From: Klebsiella pneumoniae | GTDB lineage: Bacteria > Pseudomonadota > Gammaproteobacteria > Pseudomonadales > Azotimanducaceae | DNA: 43,859 nucleotides | Assembly (NCBI GenBank): GCA_945878745.1 | Contig: CAMDVY010000001.1 | Location: 1 to 43,859, forward strand | Direction of reading: 5' to 3' | Shown: positions 26,580 through 36,234 of the stretch, piece after piece | Numbering within the stretch: position 1 is the first letter of the stretch | Layout of the letters: every line of letters starts with the position of its first letter | Translations under genes and position numbers: made by a program | The notes under the pieces: model-generated | Database searches by the model: none | What the model was told of the DNA's origin: nothing | What the model saw: only the letters and a program-made list of their open reading frames with translations

Positions 26580-27938
26580 ATGAAGTATATGAGCACCCGT
26601 GGCGGGGTCCACGGGGTGAGCTTCCAGGATGCGGTCATGATGGGTCTTGCTGACGATGGCGGCTTGCTCATCCCCGAGACCCTGCCCGATGTCAGACCTA
26701 TGCTCGCGGCATGGCGAGGCCTGTCGTACATCGAGTTTGCCAAGCGGTTGCTGGTCTTGTTTGTCGACGATATCGAGCCTGCTGTGCTGGCTCGCCTTGT
26801 CGACGAGGCGTACGCCAGTTTTACCGAACCAGACGTGGTGCGATTAGCGCCGGTTGGCGATGTCACCGTGCTGGAACTCTTCCATGGTCCGACACTGGCG
26901 TTCAAGGACGTCGCGTTGCAATTGCTCGGCGGCCTGTTTGCTCATGTACTCGGCGCGCGTGGCGGCCACCTCAATATTCTCGGCGCCACGTCCGGAGATA
27001 CCGGCAGTGCTGCAATCGCCGGCGTTCAAGGCCGGCCAAACGTTGACATTTTCATACTCTACCCATTGGGCCGAGTAAGTCCCCTGCAAGAGCTGCAGAT
27101 GACGAGCGTACCGGACGCCAACGTGCATTGTCTGGCTATCGAAGGCAGCTTTGATGATTGTCAGTCCATCGTCAAAACGATCTTTGGTGATTTAAAGTTC
27201 AAGCACGCCCATTCGTTGGGAGCTGTCAACTCGGTTAACTGGGCTCGCGTATTGGCACAGGTTGTTTATTACGGCTATGCGAGTCTTCGATTTGACGAGT
27301 CGCCGACGTTCGCTGTGCCCACCGGGAATTTTGGGAATGTGTTTGCCGGTTACCTGGCCAGCAGGATGGGCTTTCCCATACACAAGCTGGTACTTGCGAC
27401 CAATGAGAACGACATCCTGGCGCGCTTCTTTGCCACAGGCGAGTACGCTCGAGGAGAGGTGCGATTCACGCATTCACCAGCCATGGATATTCAGGTAGCC
27501 AGCAATTTCGAACGCTATCTTTTTTATCTCCTTGGTGAGAACCCGGAGCGCGTGAGTGCGTTCATTCAGCAATTCCAGTCCGCTGGACACGCAAGTCTTG
27601 GTGCTCCACCAGATGACCCGCTCTTTCTATCGACAGCGGTAACTAACAAGGATACGGAAACAACCATTCGCGACACGTTTGCGAAAACCGGCTATGTCTC
27701 CGATCCGCATACTGCAGTTGGTTTGTCAGCCGCGCGGCGATTCACTGAGCTCAGACCGATGGTGTGCATCGGTACTGCACATCCTGCGAAGTTCCCGGAA
27801 GTGGTTGATGCCGTCCTGAAGCCTGGCAGTGCGATTCACCCTGACCTCGAGAAACTCCGGGGTCGTCCACCTCGGCGTACGATCCTGGCTGCGGATGTAG
27901 AAGCCGTAAAGACGATCGTGCGGGAACGAGGTCACTGA
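26580..27938 (+). CDS. thrC: threonine synthase
   Basis: 452 aa, beginning MKYMSTRGG. It has the PLP-lysine motif FHGPTLAFKD, plus GATSGDTGSAA, NSVNWARV and PTGNFGN. Confidence 0.95.
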   Translation: MKYMSTRGGVHGVSFQDAVMMGLADDGGLLIPETLPDVRPMLAAWRGLSYIEFAKRLLVLFVDDIEPAVLARLVDEAYASFTEPDVVRLAPVGDVTVLELFHGPTLAFKDVALQLLGGLFAHVLGARGGHLNILGATSGDTGSAAIAGVQGRPNVDIFILYPLGRVSPLQELQMTSVPDANVHCLAIEGSFDDCQSIVKTIFGDLKFKHAHSLGAVNSVNWARVLAQVVYYGYASLRFDESPTFAVPTGNFGNVFAGYLASRMGFPIHKLVLATNENDILARFFATGEYARGEVRFTHSPAMDIQVASNFERYLFYLLGENPERVSAFIQQFQSAGHASLGAPPDDPLFLSTAVTNKDTETTIRDTFAKTGYVSDPHTAVGLSAARRFTELRPMVCIGTAHPAKFPEVVDAVLKPGSAIHPDLEKLRGRPPRRTILAADVEAVKTIVRERGH

Positions 27939-28008
27939 TCGCGGCCGACAGCGGGATATCGATGTTCGAAAGGCACCCCTGTCGTTAGGCGCAGACTCCT
28001 GCCCCGGA

Positions 28009-28707
28009 CTAGTTGATGGAAGAAATCGCTGCTGGTATTTCCCGCAATGCGTGAACGATGCGGGTCGGCCGAATGGCGCCTTCAGGCAGACCCTTGCGAG
28101 TGAGATCGACCCAGATCGTATGCATGCCGACGCCGTGTGCACCGGCGATGTCATCATCGAGATGGTCACCAATATGCACTGCGCCCTCTGGTCGTGTACC
28201 CGTCCGCTCCAGCGCAGCCAGGAACATGTCCGGGTGCGGTTTTCCTCTGCCAACTTCCGCTGCCGAGTAGGCGAAAGAAAAATAGCGATCAAGTCCGAGA
28301 CGAGTAATGTCCGCGTTGCCATTCGACAGTGCGGCCAACATGTAACTGTTGGAGAGCGTAGCCAAGGTCGTCAGTGCATCCTCGAAGTAGTTCACCTGAT
28401 GACGGCCGTCCATGAACACGTCGAATGCCTTGCGTGCGAGGCGCTCCGCGCTCGCACTGCCATGTCCACACGACTCGATGGCCCTTTGGGTGATCAACAC
28501 GCGCAAGGCTGAGAGGTTGTGTTTAAGCTCTGGGTGATTAGAGAGCACCTGGGTGCGAATTTCAGTAAGGCCGTTAGAGTTGTAAAGATCCACAACTTCC
28601 GGGACGTGCTCCCGCAGCCAGGCGCGCATCGATTGTTCAGCTGCGACGATGACCGAATCGACGTCCCACAAGGTGTTGTCAAGATCAAAAGTGATCAAAG
28701 AGGTCAA
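28009..28707 (-). CDS. HAD-superfamily hydrolase (YigB-like)
   Basis: The preferred start is TTG 28707 (MTSLITFDLDNTLWD), giving 232 aa. HAD motifs are I DLDNT, III GKPHPDMF and IV GDHLDDD. The 346-aa ORF version reads through the xerC 3' end. Confidence 0.8.
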   Translation of the reverse strand: MTSLITFDLDNTLWDVDSVIVAAEQSMRAWLREHVPEVVDLYNSNGLTEIRTQVLSNHPELKHNLSALRVLITQRAIESCGHGSASAERLARKAFDVFMDGRHQVNYFEDALTTLATLSNSYMLAALSNGNADITRLGLDRYFSFAYSAAEVGRGKPHPDMFLAALERTGTRPEGAVHIGDHLDDDIAGAHGVGMHTIWVDLTRKGLPEGAIRPTRIVHALREIPAAISSIN

Positions 28708-28709
28708 CG

Positions 28710-29621
28710 TCAGTCCTCGGCTTTGTTTGCGGGACGCTGGTGCGCACGTGGATGTGCCTTGTCGTAGACTTCGGCCAGGTGCTGGAAGTTCAGATGTGTA
28801 TAGACTTGGGTTGTCGATAGATTGGCGTGGCCCAACAATTCCTGTACGGCGCGCAGGTCGCCGGATGATTCCAGAACATGACTTGCGAAGCTGTGTCTGA
28901 GCATGTGTGGGTAGGGAGCATCGGTCTGCAGCTGTCGGCTTGCCATCACCTTCAATTGCCGCTGAACCGTACGTGGGCTGATGCGCGCGTTCTTGCGGCC
29001 GGTAAACAGAGGCGACTCCGGGGTCGTCAGACCACGAGTGTCCAGCCACGTTGAGAGCGCAGTCGTTGAGTGGCTGCCCAGCGGCACCTGGCGAGTCTTG
29101 TTGCCTTTGCCGGTTACCACGACGAATCCTTCGCGCAGATCAAGATCGCCAATATCTGCATTGACGAGTTCTGCCAACCGCAGACCGCTGCCGTAGAGCA
29201 GTTCCATCATCGCGCGATCACGCTTCTCCAGGTCAGTCTTCGGTTGACTGGAAAGTAGCTGCTGCACCTGATCCGTATCGAGCACGGACGGCAATCGGGT
29301 TTTACGTTTCGGACTGACCACTACGGTCGCCGGATTGTCGGTGACCAGCTGCCGTGACTTGAGGAAGTGATACATGCGGCGAATGCTGGATAGATGCCTT
29401 TGAATGGAGCGGGCGGACAGTCCCTGGCGCCGCAGCAGCCCGATATGTTCACTGACGTGATGGTGAGTTGCGGTCTGCCACTCAAGCTCATGGTTCTCAA
29501 GATAGTGGCAAAACTGTCTTAGGTCGCGTTGATAGGCGGCTCGGGTGAGAGGCGAATAAGCCCGCTCGAACTCCAGGTATTTCAGGAACTGATCAAGTTG
29601 CTCGTTCACCAACCTGTGCAC
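28710..29621 (-). CDS. xerC: tyrosine recombinase XerC
   Basis: GTG 29621 is the preferred start; TTG 29612 and GTG 29609 are alternatives. This gives about 303 aa, with an N-terminus of [26 protein letters not shown], catalytic [10 protein letters not shown] and [14 protein letters not shown]. It sits in the conserved dapF-DUF484-xerC-HAD context. Confidence 0.9.
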   Translation of the reverse strand: MHRLVNEQLDQFLKYLEFERAYSPLTRAAYQRDLRQFCHYLENHELEWQTATHHHVSEHIGLLRRQGLSARSIQRHLSSIRRMYHFLKSRQLVTDNPATVVVSPKRKTRLPSVLDTDQVQQLLSSQPKTDLEKRDRAMMELLYGSGLRLAELVNADIGDLDLREGFVVVTGKGNKTRQVPLGSHSTTALSTWLDTRGLTTPESPLFTGRKNARISPRTVQRQLKVMASRQLQTDAPYPHMLRHSFASHVLESSGDLRAVQELLGHANLSTTQVYTHLNFQHLAEVYDKAHPRAHQRPANKAED

Positions 29622-30283
29622 TACAAACGCGCGACGGTTCGCGCCAGAACATCGCCGATATAGCGAACGAACAGAGTTTCCATATCGGCGCTGAAGCGGG
29701 CAGCATCTTTCGAGCCAACCGCGAGACAACCCTGCGTCGTGTGCTGAATGAACGGGATGAAGACTACGCTGCCTGAGGACGCAGGGTCCTGCTGCGGAAA
29801 CAGTGAGCGCATTTCTTCCTCGCGCAGCGCCACACAACAGGCCACGCCACCTGACAGGAAGCGATCAGTCGGCAAGGCATTGGGATGGCCGGTGATGTAG
29901 TCGAGACTGATGGTCGCACCACGCAGGTGGCAACATACGAAGTCAGCTTCAAAGTCGATCAACATGTTGGTTGCCAGTACTTCGTTCAGCTCCTGCCAAT
30001 TTGTCACATCGAGAAGTGACAGCGTGAGAGACCTTGTTTTTGCGAACAAGGTATCGTTGTTCCGTGCGGCTTGCATCAGTTCATTCAGACGCCGGCGCAT
30101 GGTCATATTGCGCTCGCGCAGGATGCCGACTTGCCGTTCGATCAGAGAGATCGCTCGCCCGGTTTCGTGAGGCAGATTCAACTCACCCAGCAACGAGGAT
30201 CGCCGCACAAAGAAGTCTGGATGTTGACGCAAGTAGTCAGTGACTGCCTGATCGTCCAATTGATGGATGGCTTCGCTGCTCAT
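29621..30283 (-). CDS. DUF484 (YigA) family protein
   Basis: 220 aa with an N-terminal [12 protein letters not shown] signature. It occupies the conserved position between dapF and xerC. Its ATG overlaps the dapF stop (ATGA at 30280-30283). Confidence 0.8.
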   Translation of the reverse strand: MSSEAIHQLDDQAVTDYLRQHPDFFVRRSSLLGELNLPHETGRAISLIERQVGILRERNMTMRRRLNELMQAARNNDTLFAKTRSLTLSLLDVTNWQELNEVLATNMLIDFEADFVCCHLRGATISLDYITGHPNALPTDRFLSGGVACCVALREEEMRSLFPQQDPASSGSVVFIPFIQHTTQGCLAVGSKDAARFSADMETLFVRYIGDVLARTVARL

Positions 30284-31125
30284 TCGATGTCGACTGTGCC
30301 CTCGTAGACCAGAGTTGCCGGACCCACCATCTTCAGCGTATGCCCGGGGCCTGCCCAGCTGATCCTTACCTTGCCGCCTGGCAGAGACACCTTGACCCGA
30401 TCCCGCAGACGATCGGTCAACACGCCAGCAACCACAGCGGCGCAGGCGCCGGATCCGCAGGCGCGTGTTTCACCAACGCCACGTTCGAATACACGCAGCC
30501 GGACAAATCCAGGTTCGACGACTTCGCAGAACTCGATATTTGCGCCTTCAGGAAACACAGGGTGACGGGTCAGTTGCGCACCGAGTTCGAGCACCGGAGC
30601 GTCGATCACGCTGTTCACGAACATGACTGCATGTGGATTGCCGACCGAGACGGGTACCGCGTGATAGATCTGGTCTTCGACCTCGATTGGAATGGTGTGT
30701 GTTGTCTCGTCGATGCAGGCGGTGGTGGGGATTGATGCCGGATGCAGCCTTGGCTCACCCATGTCCACTTCAACCTGGTCACCGATACATACGGTGGTGA
30801 TGCATCCATTGACGGTCTGCCAGCGCAATTCGGGTCGTGAGGCCAGTGAGTTTCGTTCGACAAACTGGGCGATACAGCGGGCGCCGTTACCACATTGTTC
30901 AGCCTGGGAGCCATCCGCGTTGTAGATTCGATACCAGAAATCTGCCGCAGGATCAGTCGGCGCGGCGACCAACAGCAGTTGATCAAAGCCGATTCCGGTA
31001 TGGCGGTCGGCAAAAGCAGCGATCTGCTCCGACGACAGATTGACCTCCTGCGTCACCGCATCGATCACCATGAAGTCGTTGCCGAGCCCGTGCATTTTGC
31101 TGAAGCGAAGACGAATCACAGACAC
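30280..31125 (-). CDS. dapF: diaminopimelate epimerase
   Basis: 281 aa with FSKMHGLGNDFMVID and the two catalytic Cys motifs, CGNGARC and ACGSGACA. Confidence 0.95.
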   Translation of the reverse strand: MSVIRLRFSKMHGLGNDFMVIDAVTQEVNLSSEQIAAFADRHTGIGFDQLLLVAAPTDPAADFWYRIYNADGSQAEQCGNGARCIAQFVERNSLASRPELRWQTVNGCITTVCIGDQVEVDMGEPRLHPASIPTTACIDETTHTIPIEVEDQIYHAVPVSVGNPHAVMFVNSVIDAPVLELGAQLTRHPVFPEGANIEFCEVVEPGFVRLRVFERGVGETRACGSGACAAVVAGVLTDRLRDRVKVSLPGGKVRISWAGPGHTLKMVGPATLVYEGTVDIE

Positions 31126-32363
31126 TCCTCCTCGCGTGCCAACAGATCACGATAGGTTTCTCGTTGGCGAACCACTTTGAATGCATCGCCGGAGACGAGC
31201 ACTTCGGGTGGGCGCGGACGTGTATTGTAGTTCGAGGACTGGACAAAACAGTAGGCGCCAGCAGACATCACGGCGAGCAGGCTGTCATTGTCCAGCGCCA
31301 TTGCGCGAGCGCGGGCGAGGAAGTCACCGCTTTCGCAGACAGGTCCGACGACGTCCCAGACTTTTACCGGACTCGTGGATGGGCGAACAGGGATCACGTC
31401 ATGCCAGGCTGAGTAAAGGGCCGGACGAATGATTTCAGTCATCGCAGCATCAACCACTGCGAAGTGTTTGTCTGAATCTCTGGCTGCAGGCTTCAGATAT
31501 TCGACTCGGGTTAGCAGCAGGCCGCCGTTGCCTACCAGGAAGCGACCGGGTTCGAGCCCGATGGACACGTTCTTGCGAAGCAATCGACTGCGCAAGGCCA
31601 GACCATAGGCGGCCACATCGAAGTCCGGTTCATTCTGGTAGGCAATGCCCAGGCCACCACCAAGGTCGAGGTGGCGAACCGGAATGCCGAGCGTTGCCAA
31701 GCGCTCTCTGAGTTGAAGGAGAGCATCGACGGCTTCGAGCAATGGCTTTGGTTCGGCGATCTGAGAGCCGATATGGCAGTCGATGCCAATGATATTGAAC
31801 ACGCTGTTTTGGCTGGCTCGCGTGTAGAGCTCGATGGCTTGTTCGATGGGAACGCCGAATTTGTTCTCTTTCAATCCGGTCGAAATGTAGGGATGGGTCT
31901 GAGCGTCGATATCCGGATTGATCCGCAGAGCGATGTTTGCCGTCCGGTGCAGAAGTTTTGCTCGTTCGGCAATCCGGTCGAGTTCAGCCGCACTCTCCAC
32001 ATTGAAACAGCCGATGCCCAGTTTGATTGCGAAGTCGATTTCTTCGACCCGCTTGCCCACCCCTGAGAAGACGATCGCTTCCGGCGGAGCCCCAACTTTC
32101 AGCGCACGTTCAAGCTCACCGCCGGAAACGATGTCGAAGCCGGCTCCGAGTGACTGGAACAACTGCATCACGGACAAATTGGAGTTTGCCTTCACCGCAT
32201 AGTAGATGCGGTGGTCCAGCCCGCTTAGAGCGCTCGTTAGCGCCTGATACTGTCGAGTGAAATGTGCGCTGGAATACACAAAGACGGGGGTTCCCGTCCG
32301 TTCCGCGATGTGCTCGAGAGAGACGTCTTCGACAAAACAGGTGCCGTCGCGATGTTCAATCAT
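31116..32363 (-). CDS. lysA: diaminopimelate decarboxylase
   Basis: 415 aa with the PLP-lysine motif YYAVKANSN, plus GGGLGI and CESGD. Confidence 0.95.
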   Translation of the reverse strand: MIEHRDGTCFVEDVSLEHIAERTGTPVFVYSSAHFTRQYQALTSALSGLDHRIYYAVKANSNLSVMQLFQSLGAGFDIVSGGELERALKVGAPPEAIVFSGVGKRVEEIDFAIKLGIGCFNVESAAELDRIAERAKLLHRTANIALRINPDIDAQTHPYISTGLKENKFGVPIEQAIELYTRASQNSVFNIIGIDCHIGSQIAEPKPLLEAVDALLQLRERLATLGIPVRHLDLGGGLGIAYQNEPDFDVAAYGLALRSRLLRKNVSIGLEPGRFLVGNGGLLLTRVEYLKPAARDSDKHFAVVDAAMTEIIRPALYSAWHDVIPVRPSTSPVKVWDVVGPVCESGDFLARARAMALDNDSLLAVMSAGAYCFVQSSNYNTRPRPPEVLVSGDAFKVVRQRETYRDLLAREEECL

Positions 32364-32469
32364 TGGAGGTCGATATCACGACATCGCCGGTTTTTGGCAG
32401 ATAGAGCGGACCTTTCTGACCGCAGGTCGCCACCAGCATCGACATTACGATGATGATCAGCCAGCGCAC
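32356..32469 (-). CDS. lptM: LPS-assembly lipoprotein LptM (YifL/LppL family), 37 aa, below the ORF-track size cutoff
   Basis: Hand translation of the minus strand gives GTG-RWLIIIVMSMLVATCGQKGPLYLPKTGDVVISTSND-TGA. The lipobox VATC is followed by the family hallmark GQKGPLYLP. A GGAG SD lies 7 nt upstream. The last 8 nt overlap the lysA start (AATGATTGA). The position immediately upstream of lysA/dapF is conserved. Confidence 0.85.
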   Translation of the reverse strand: MRWLIIIVMSMLVATCGQKGPLYLPKTGDVVISTSND

Positions 32470-32534
32470 GAGGAATCTCCAGGAAAATCAGGCCCGCGAC
32501 TATAACACGCCGCAACTGCACCTCGGGCTGGCTG

Positions 32535-32711
32535 GCCCGCACTATTCATGAATGGTCTGCTGCGGACGACGATAGCAGCGAAACCACAGGGCGTGCTCCC
32601 TCCGCGTGCTCGACGTGCTGTACAGCACGCCTGTGCGCGTTACAGTCCGCGACCTAAGTGGTTTCACTACTCTCGACGCCTTCGCGACGTCTCTTCATGA
32701 ATAGTGCGGGC
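32535..32711. repeat. 177-bp nested imperfect palindrome (ERIC/MITE-like element or long RNA hairpin)
   Basis: The outer arms are an 18-bp perfect match, gcccgcactattcatgaa at 32535-32552 against 32694-32711. The middle arms are gaaaccac (32580-32587) and gtggtttc (32658-32665). The core is a 16-bp perfect palindrome, cgtgctgtacagcacg, at 32614-32629. All three share a centre at about 32622. The CGTGCT hexamer occurs three times directly (32592, 32605, 32614) and once inverted. Confidence 0.85.
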
Positions 32712-34645
32712 TAGATGGGAGTCTGGGCGCTCACTCGCACGATGCCATTGGAGTCCCGCTGCAGGTGAACTCGTTGATCGCCGAAGGAAAACTCAAAGGC
32801 CGCTTTCGTTGCGAGGGCAGTTGATGCCTGCACCAGCAGATTTTCCATCCTCTGCGCCAGCAGGCTGTCCTCGCGGCTGGACGCAACAACGTGGGTGGTG
32901 CCGGCTTCGTTGTTGATGGACTGAACCAGCGCATCGAGGACCGCTGGCATTCCGGAGTGTGTGGTGAGGGTGAACTCAATCCCGCCTCCAGGGTTGCGCA
33001 GGCGTTTTACGCGGTACAACGACCTTGCCTTGCAGACTCTCAATCCACCGTAGCTCAGCGGGTCGTCAAACGCAGAGATCAAACGTTCGCCATCGTCGTT
33101 TGGATCAGGCAAAGGATTGATGAGGAGCGTGTCTCTTCGGTTCATCGATAACGCATCCAGCAAGTGAGATTTGGCGAGATCGAACCAGAGGGTTGGCATC
33201 TTCAGGTTCGAGGTGTCGATCTGGTTGCAGTGCAACCATACGATGAGTTCTGCCCATGACTCGCTGGTACGCAGTGTGGTGTTCTGTTCCTGCAGTCGCC
33301 AGTTTCTGCGGCCCATCTCCACTTCCAGATTTGGTTTGATCGGCGGCAACAAAGCTGGATTTATTGGTCTGATGGTGGGGTCCGAAGAACTCGCGTATTG
33401 ATCGAGAGTGGACTCGATGCTGTCGATATCAGCTCGCAAGTCGGGTGTAAGCATTGCCAGGCGTCGGCCAAACTGCAGACCTTTGTACTGCGCAACGCTG
33501 GCAGCATTTGCTTCCTCCAGAACCGTGACGAGCGATTGTTTTGCTGGCTGGCGTAGTGCCTGCAGACCGGCTGTTGAATACCCCCATTCACGCAGATCGA
33601 GCGCGACCTGACTGGTTGGCGAGAGCTCTCGGCCTCGCGCGACGATTTTGCGCACAAATAACCAGCGCAGGTCGTCAAGCGAAAAGGCAGAAGGCCTTCC
33701 AGTTTTTGTTGAGGCGAGGTACTCGTAGAGCATGAAGTACGTATCCAGGCGAGAGTTGTCACTGACGCCGGTGAGCATCAGATGTTGGTAGTGACTGGAA
33801 AGGAGGGGGCGCTCCGGGTGGTTGAGATAAGCCTCGACGAGGGCCAGTTTGAGCAATGATTTATGTGGTGTTGTCAGGGCGCGGCCAAGTTCGAGCATCC
33901 CGGCCCGGCAGAGCGCATCGACTCCCGGCCTGCCGACGGCGCCAAAATCGAGCAATGCTGTCGAGGTCACGAACCGGTGTTCAGTCAGGTGTGCAGCGCA
34001 GAGGGCGTAGCTTGCTTCTGAGCTGCCGTCCACATACCACCACAGCGGATGTTTGCCAGCCAGATGAATGCCGCTGCGATAAAACTCGTCCAGCAGCAAT
34101 GGACCGTGAACGGTATCGCGGGAGTCGTGAAAAAACTCCGGGTCAACGAGAAAGCCCTGGAGAGCCAGCCCCTGCTCGGCTGCCCACATTTCAATGCCAT
34201 CAAGTTTTGAGCGCAACCTGTCGTGCCTGTTTTTTGCGCAGCACACCCACAAATCGATGTCGCTATCTGCGGTGTGGCCGAGGCTTCCACCACTGCCCAT
34301 CAAGAAAATTGCATCGATGTCTCGCCGATCCGTTGCGAGGCTGGCGCTAAAACTACGGGCGAAGCGGTGAATTGCGCTCACATCAGAGGCCGTTGGGGTG
34401 TGACCGACGATCCCGCAAGGAGCGTTTTGTACATATCCGGGAAGTGCCGGATGATTTGCGTGGAAGAACATGGGCAATGCCGCCAGGATCTCCCGTTTTC
34501 TGCCGTCCAGTTTGGCCAATGCGTCGAGATAACGCTGACGATGGTGCATGGCGAAACGCTGTCCCATCGCCCGGAGAGCTTCCACATCGACTTCGATCGA
34601 GTGTTCGGAGAGAGGTTTGCGAAAAGCCATCCTGCTGTCAGCCAA
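32711..34645 (-). CDS. cyaA: class I adenylate cyclase (short form)
   Basis: 644 aa. From recall of E. coli CyaA, the class-I catalytic-domain signatures are present: LMGSGGSLGHTADSDIDLWVC, LLLDEFYRSGIHLAGK, HKSLLKLALVEAYL. It is about 200 aa shorter than the 848-aa E. coli CyaA. Confidence 0.8.
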   Translation of the reverse strand: MADSRMAFRKPLSEHSIEVDVEALRAMGQRFAMHHRQRYLDALAKLDGRKREILAALPMFFHANHPALPGYVQNAPCGIVGHTPTASDVSAIHRFARSFSASLATDRRDIDAIFLMGSGGSLGHTADSDIDLWVCCAKNRHDRLRSKLDGIEMWAAEQGLALQGFLVDPEFFHDSRDTVHGPLLLDEFYRSGIHLAGKHPLWWYVDGSSEASYALCAAHLTEHRFVTSTALLDFGAVGRPGVDALCRAGMLELGRALTTPHKSLLKLALVEAYLNHPERPLLSSHYQHLMLTGVSDNSRLDTYFMLYEYLASTKTGRPSAFSLDDLRWLFVRKIVARGRELSPTSQVALDLREWGYSTAGLQALRQPAKQSLVTVLEEANAASVAQYKGLQFGRRLAMLTPDLRADIDSIESTLDQYASSSDPTIRPINPALLPPIKPNLEVEMGRRNWRLQEQNTTLRTSESWAELIVWLHCNQIDTSNLKMPTLWFDLAKSHLLDALSMNRRDTLLINPLPDPNDDGERLISAFDDPLSYGGLRVCKARSLYRVKRLRNPGGGIEFTLTTHSGMPAVLDALVQSINNEAGTTHVVASSREDSLLAQRMENLLVQASTALATKAAFEFSFGDQRVHLQRDSNGIVRVSAQTPI

Positions 34646-34740
34646 ATTCCTTGAAGCGACCAGTGACGCGCTGTCCGCCTCCTTGTTGTGCTTCGGAGGG
34701 AAGGACCGCGACTATTCAGTAGTCAGTATAGGAAAGACTT

Positions 34741-36147
34741 TCAATCTTGAAGGATGCGCGATCTCCCTCGAACGATGGCACTACGCACGGCGGCAGGTGC
34801 CGTGCCACCGAAGTGGCTTCGAGCATTAGCCGAGCCAAGCGGCGCAAGCACTTCGAAGACATCCTCAGAAATGGCGTTGCTGCCACCGCCTTCGGCCTGC
34901 AATTCGGCCAGGGAAAATTCGTGCAGATGGCGTTGTTCGCGAACAGCCCGGGCCACCACTTTGCCGACTACGTGATGGGCATCTCGAAATGGCAGGCCTC
35001 GTTTCACCAGATAGTCGGCGAGGTCTGTGGCAGTGGTGTAGCCGTTGACGGCCGCTGCGGCCATGACAGCCTTGTTGGCTTCGATATGTGGCAACAGACC
35101 ATTCAGCGCCGTGAGGCAACCTTGGAGGGTATCGATACAGTCAAACAAGGGTTCCTTGTCTTCCTGATTGTCCTTGTTGTAGGCGAGCGGCTGGCCTTTC
35201 ATCAGTGTCAGGAGCGCCATGAGGTGACCAGTAACCCGTCCTGTCTTGCCACGGATGAGCTCTGGAACGTCGGGATTCTTTTTCTGCGGCATGATGCTGG
35301 AACCGGTGCAGAAGCGGTCTGGCAGGTTCACGAACTGAAACTGTTGGGATGACCAGAGTACGAGTTCTTCACACCAGCGCGAGAAATGGGTCATCGTCAA
35401 ACTCGCCACCGCCGCGAACTCGATTGCGAAGTCGCGATCGCTGACCGCGTCGAGGGAGTTTTCACAAATGTCGGCGAAACCCAGCTCCTTGGCGACCAGT
35501 TCGCGCTGCAATGGAAAGGTTGAACCAGCCAGCGCCGCGGCGCCAAGTGGAAGCGAGTTGATGCGTTTTCGGCAGTCTCGCAGTCGACTGCGATCTCGCA
35601 GCAACATTTCGAACCAGGCCAACAGGTGATGCCCAAAGGTAATTGGTTGGGCCGCCTGCAAGTGTGTGAAGCCCGGCATGATGGTATCAACGTGCTGTTC
35701 GGCGAGCGCCAGCAAGGATTCGAGTAAACGGGTCATCGCCTGGTCGATGGCGTCTACCTCGTCTCGCAGATACAGGCGGATGTCGGTTGCGACCTGATCG
35801 TTGCGAGACCTGGCGGTATGCAGCTTCTTGCCGGTATCACCGATCAGATCGATGAGCCGGCTTTCGATGTTCATGTGCACATCTTCAAGCTTTACCTGCC
35901 ACTCAAACCGGCCGGTCTCTATCTCTTTGTGAATGGTTTCCAATCCGGCTACGATGCGCCCGACTTCGTCAGCGGTGAGCACGCTGATTTCGCCCAGCAT
36001 GCGGGCATGGGCGATCGACCCTCGAATATCCTGAGCGTACATCCGGCGATCAAAGCGCACGGAGGATGTGAACTCGAGGACAAATTCATCGGTGGCTTCC
36101 TGAAGCCGACCGACGACCAGAGAATTGCGCTCGGTAGAATTGCTCAT
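34741..36147 (-). CDS. argH: argininosuccinate lyase
   Basis: The preferred start is ATG 36147 ([30 protein letters not shown]), giving 468 aa. It has the signature [16 protein letters not shown] and SRNDQVATD. The 542-aa ORF version adds a basic, low-complexity N-terminus. Confidence 0.95.
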   Translation of the reverse strand: MSNSTERNSLVVGRLQEATDEFVLEFTSSVRFDRRMYAQDIRGSIAHARMLGEISVLTADEVGRIVAGLETIHKEIETGRFEWQVKLEDVHMNIESRLIDLIGDTGKKLHTARSRNDQVATDIRLYLRDEVDAIDQAMTRLLESLLALAEQHVDTIMPGFTHLQAAQPITFGHHLLAWFEMLLRDRSRLRDCRKRINSLPLGAAALAGSTFPLQRELVAKELGFADICENSLDAVSDRDFAIEFAAVASLTMTHFSRWCEELVLWSSQQFQFVNLPDRFCTGSSIMPQKKNPDVPELIRGKTGRVTGHLMALLTLMKGQPLAYNKDNQEDKEPLFDCIDTLQGCLTALNGLLPHIEANKAVMAAAAVNGYTTATDLADYLVKRGLPFRDAHHVVGKVVARAVREQRHLHEFSLAELQAEGGGSNAISEDVFEVLAPLGSANARSHFGGTAPAAVRSAIVRGRSRILQD

Positions 36148-36234
36148 GATGGTGTAAAAGGCGAACCATTCCCGGAATCGAAGGCAGGTGAGTATATCAA
36201 CAGGTCTGCTCTGAGCGGCGGCTCGACCCAGTTT

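Noticed and set aside
28710-29837. A 375-aa integrase ORF considered as a possible phage or island integrase marking a mobile element.
   Set aside because: It sits in the conserved chromosomal dapF-DUF484-xerC-HAD context, and its C-terminal catalytic motifs fit XerC. The extra 70 N-terminal residues are read-through of the DUF484 gene in another frame. I saw no att-like repeats or phage genes nearby.
32360-32542. A 60-aa ORF from the ORF track upstream of lysA.
   Set aside because: It is in the wrong frame. The neighbouring minus-strand frame encodes a textbook LptM lipoprotein (lipobox + GQKGPLYLP) with an SD.
32535-32711. The palindrome considered as a lysine riboswitch or as a LexA/CRP operator.
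   Set aside because: It does not have the multi-helix L-box architecture or conserved core, and lysA is not a typical L-box target in gammaproteobacteria. The CTGTACAG core lacks the CTGT-N8-ACAG (LexA) or TGTGA-N6-TCACA (CRP) spacing.
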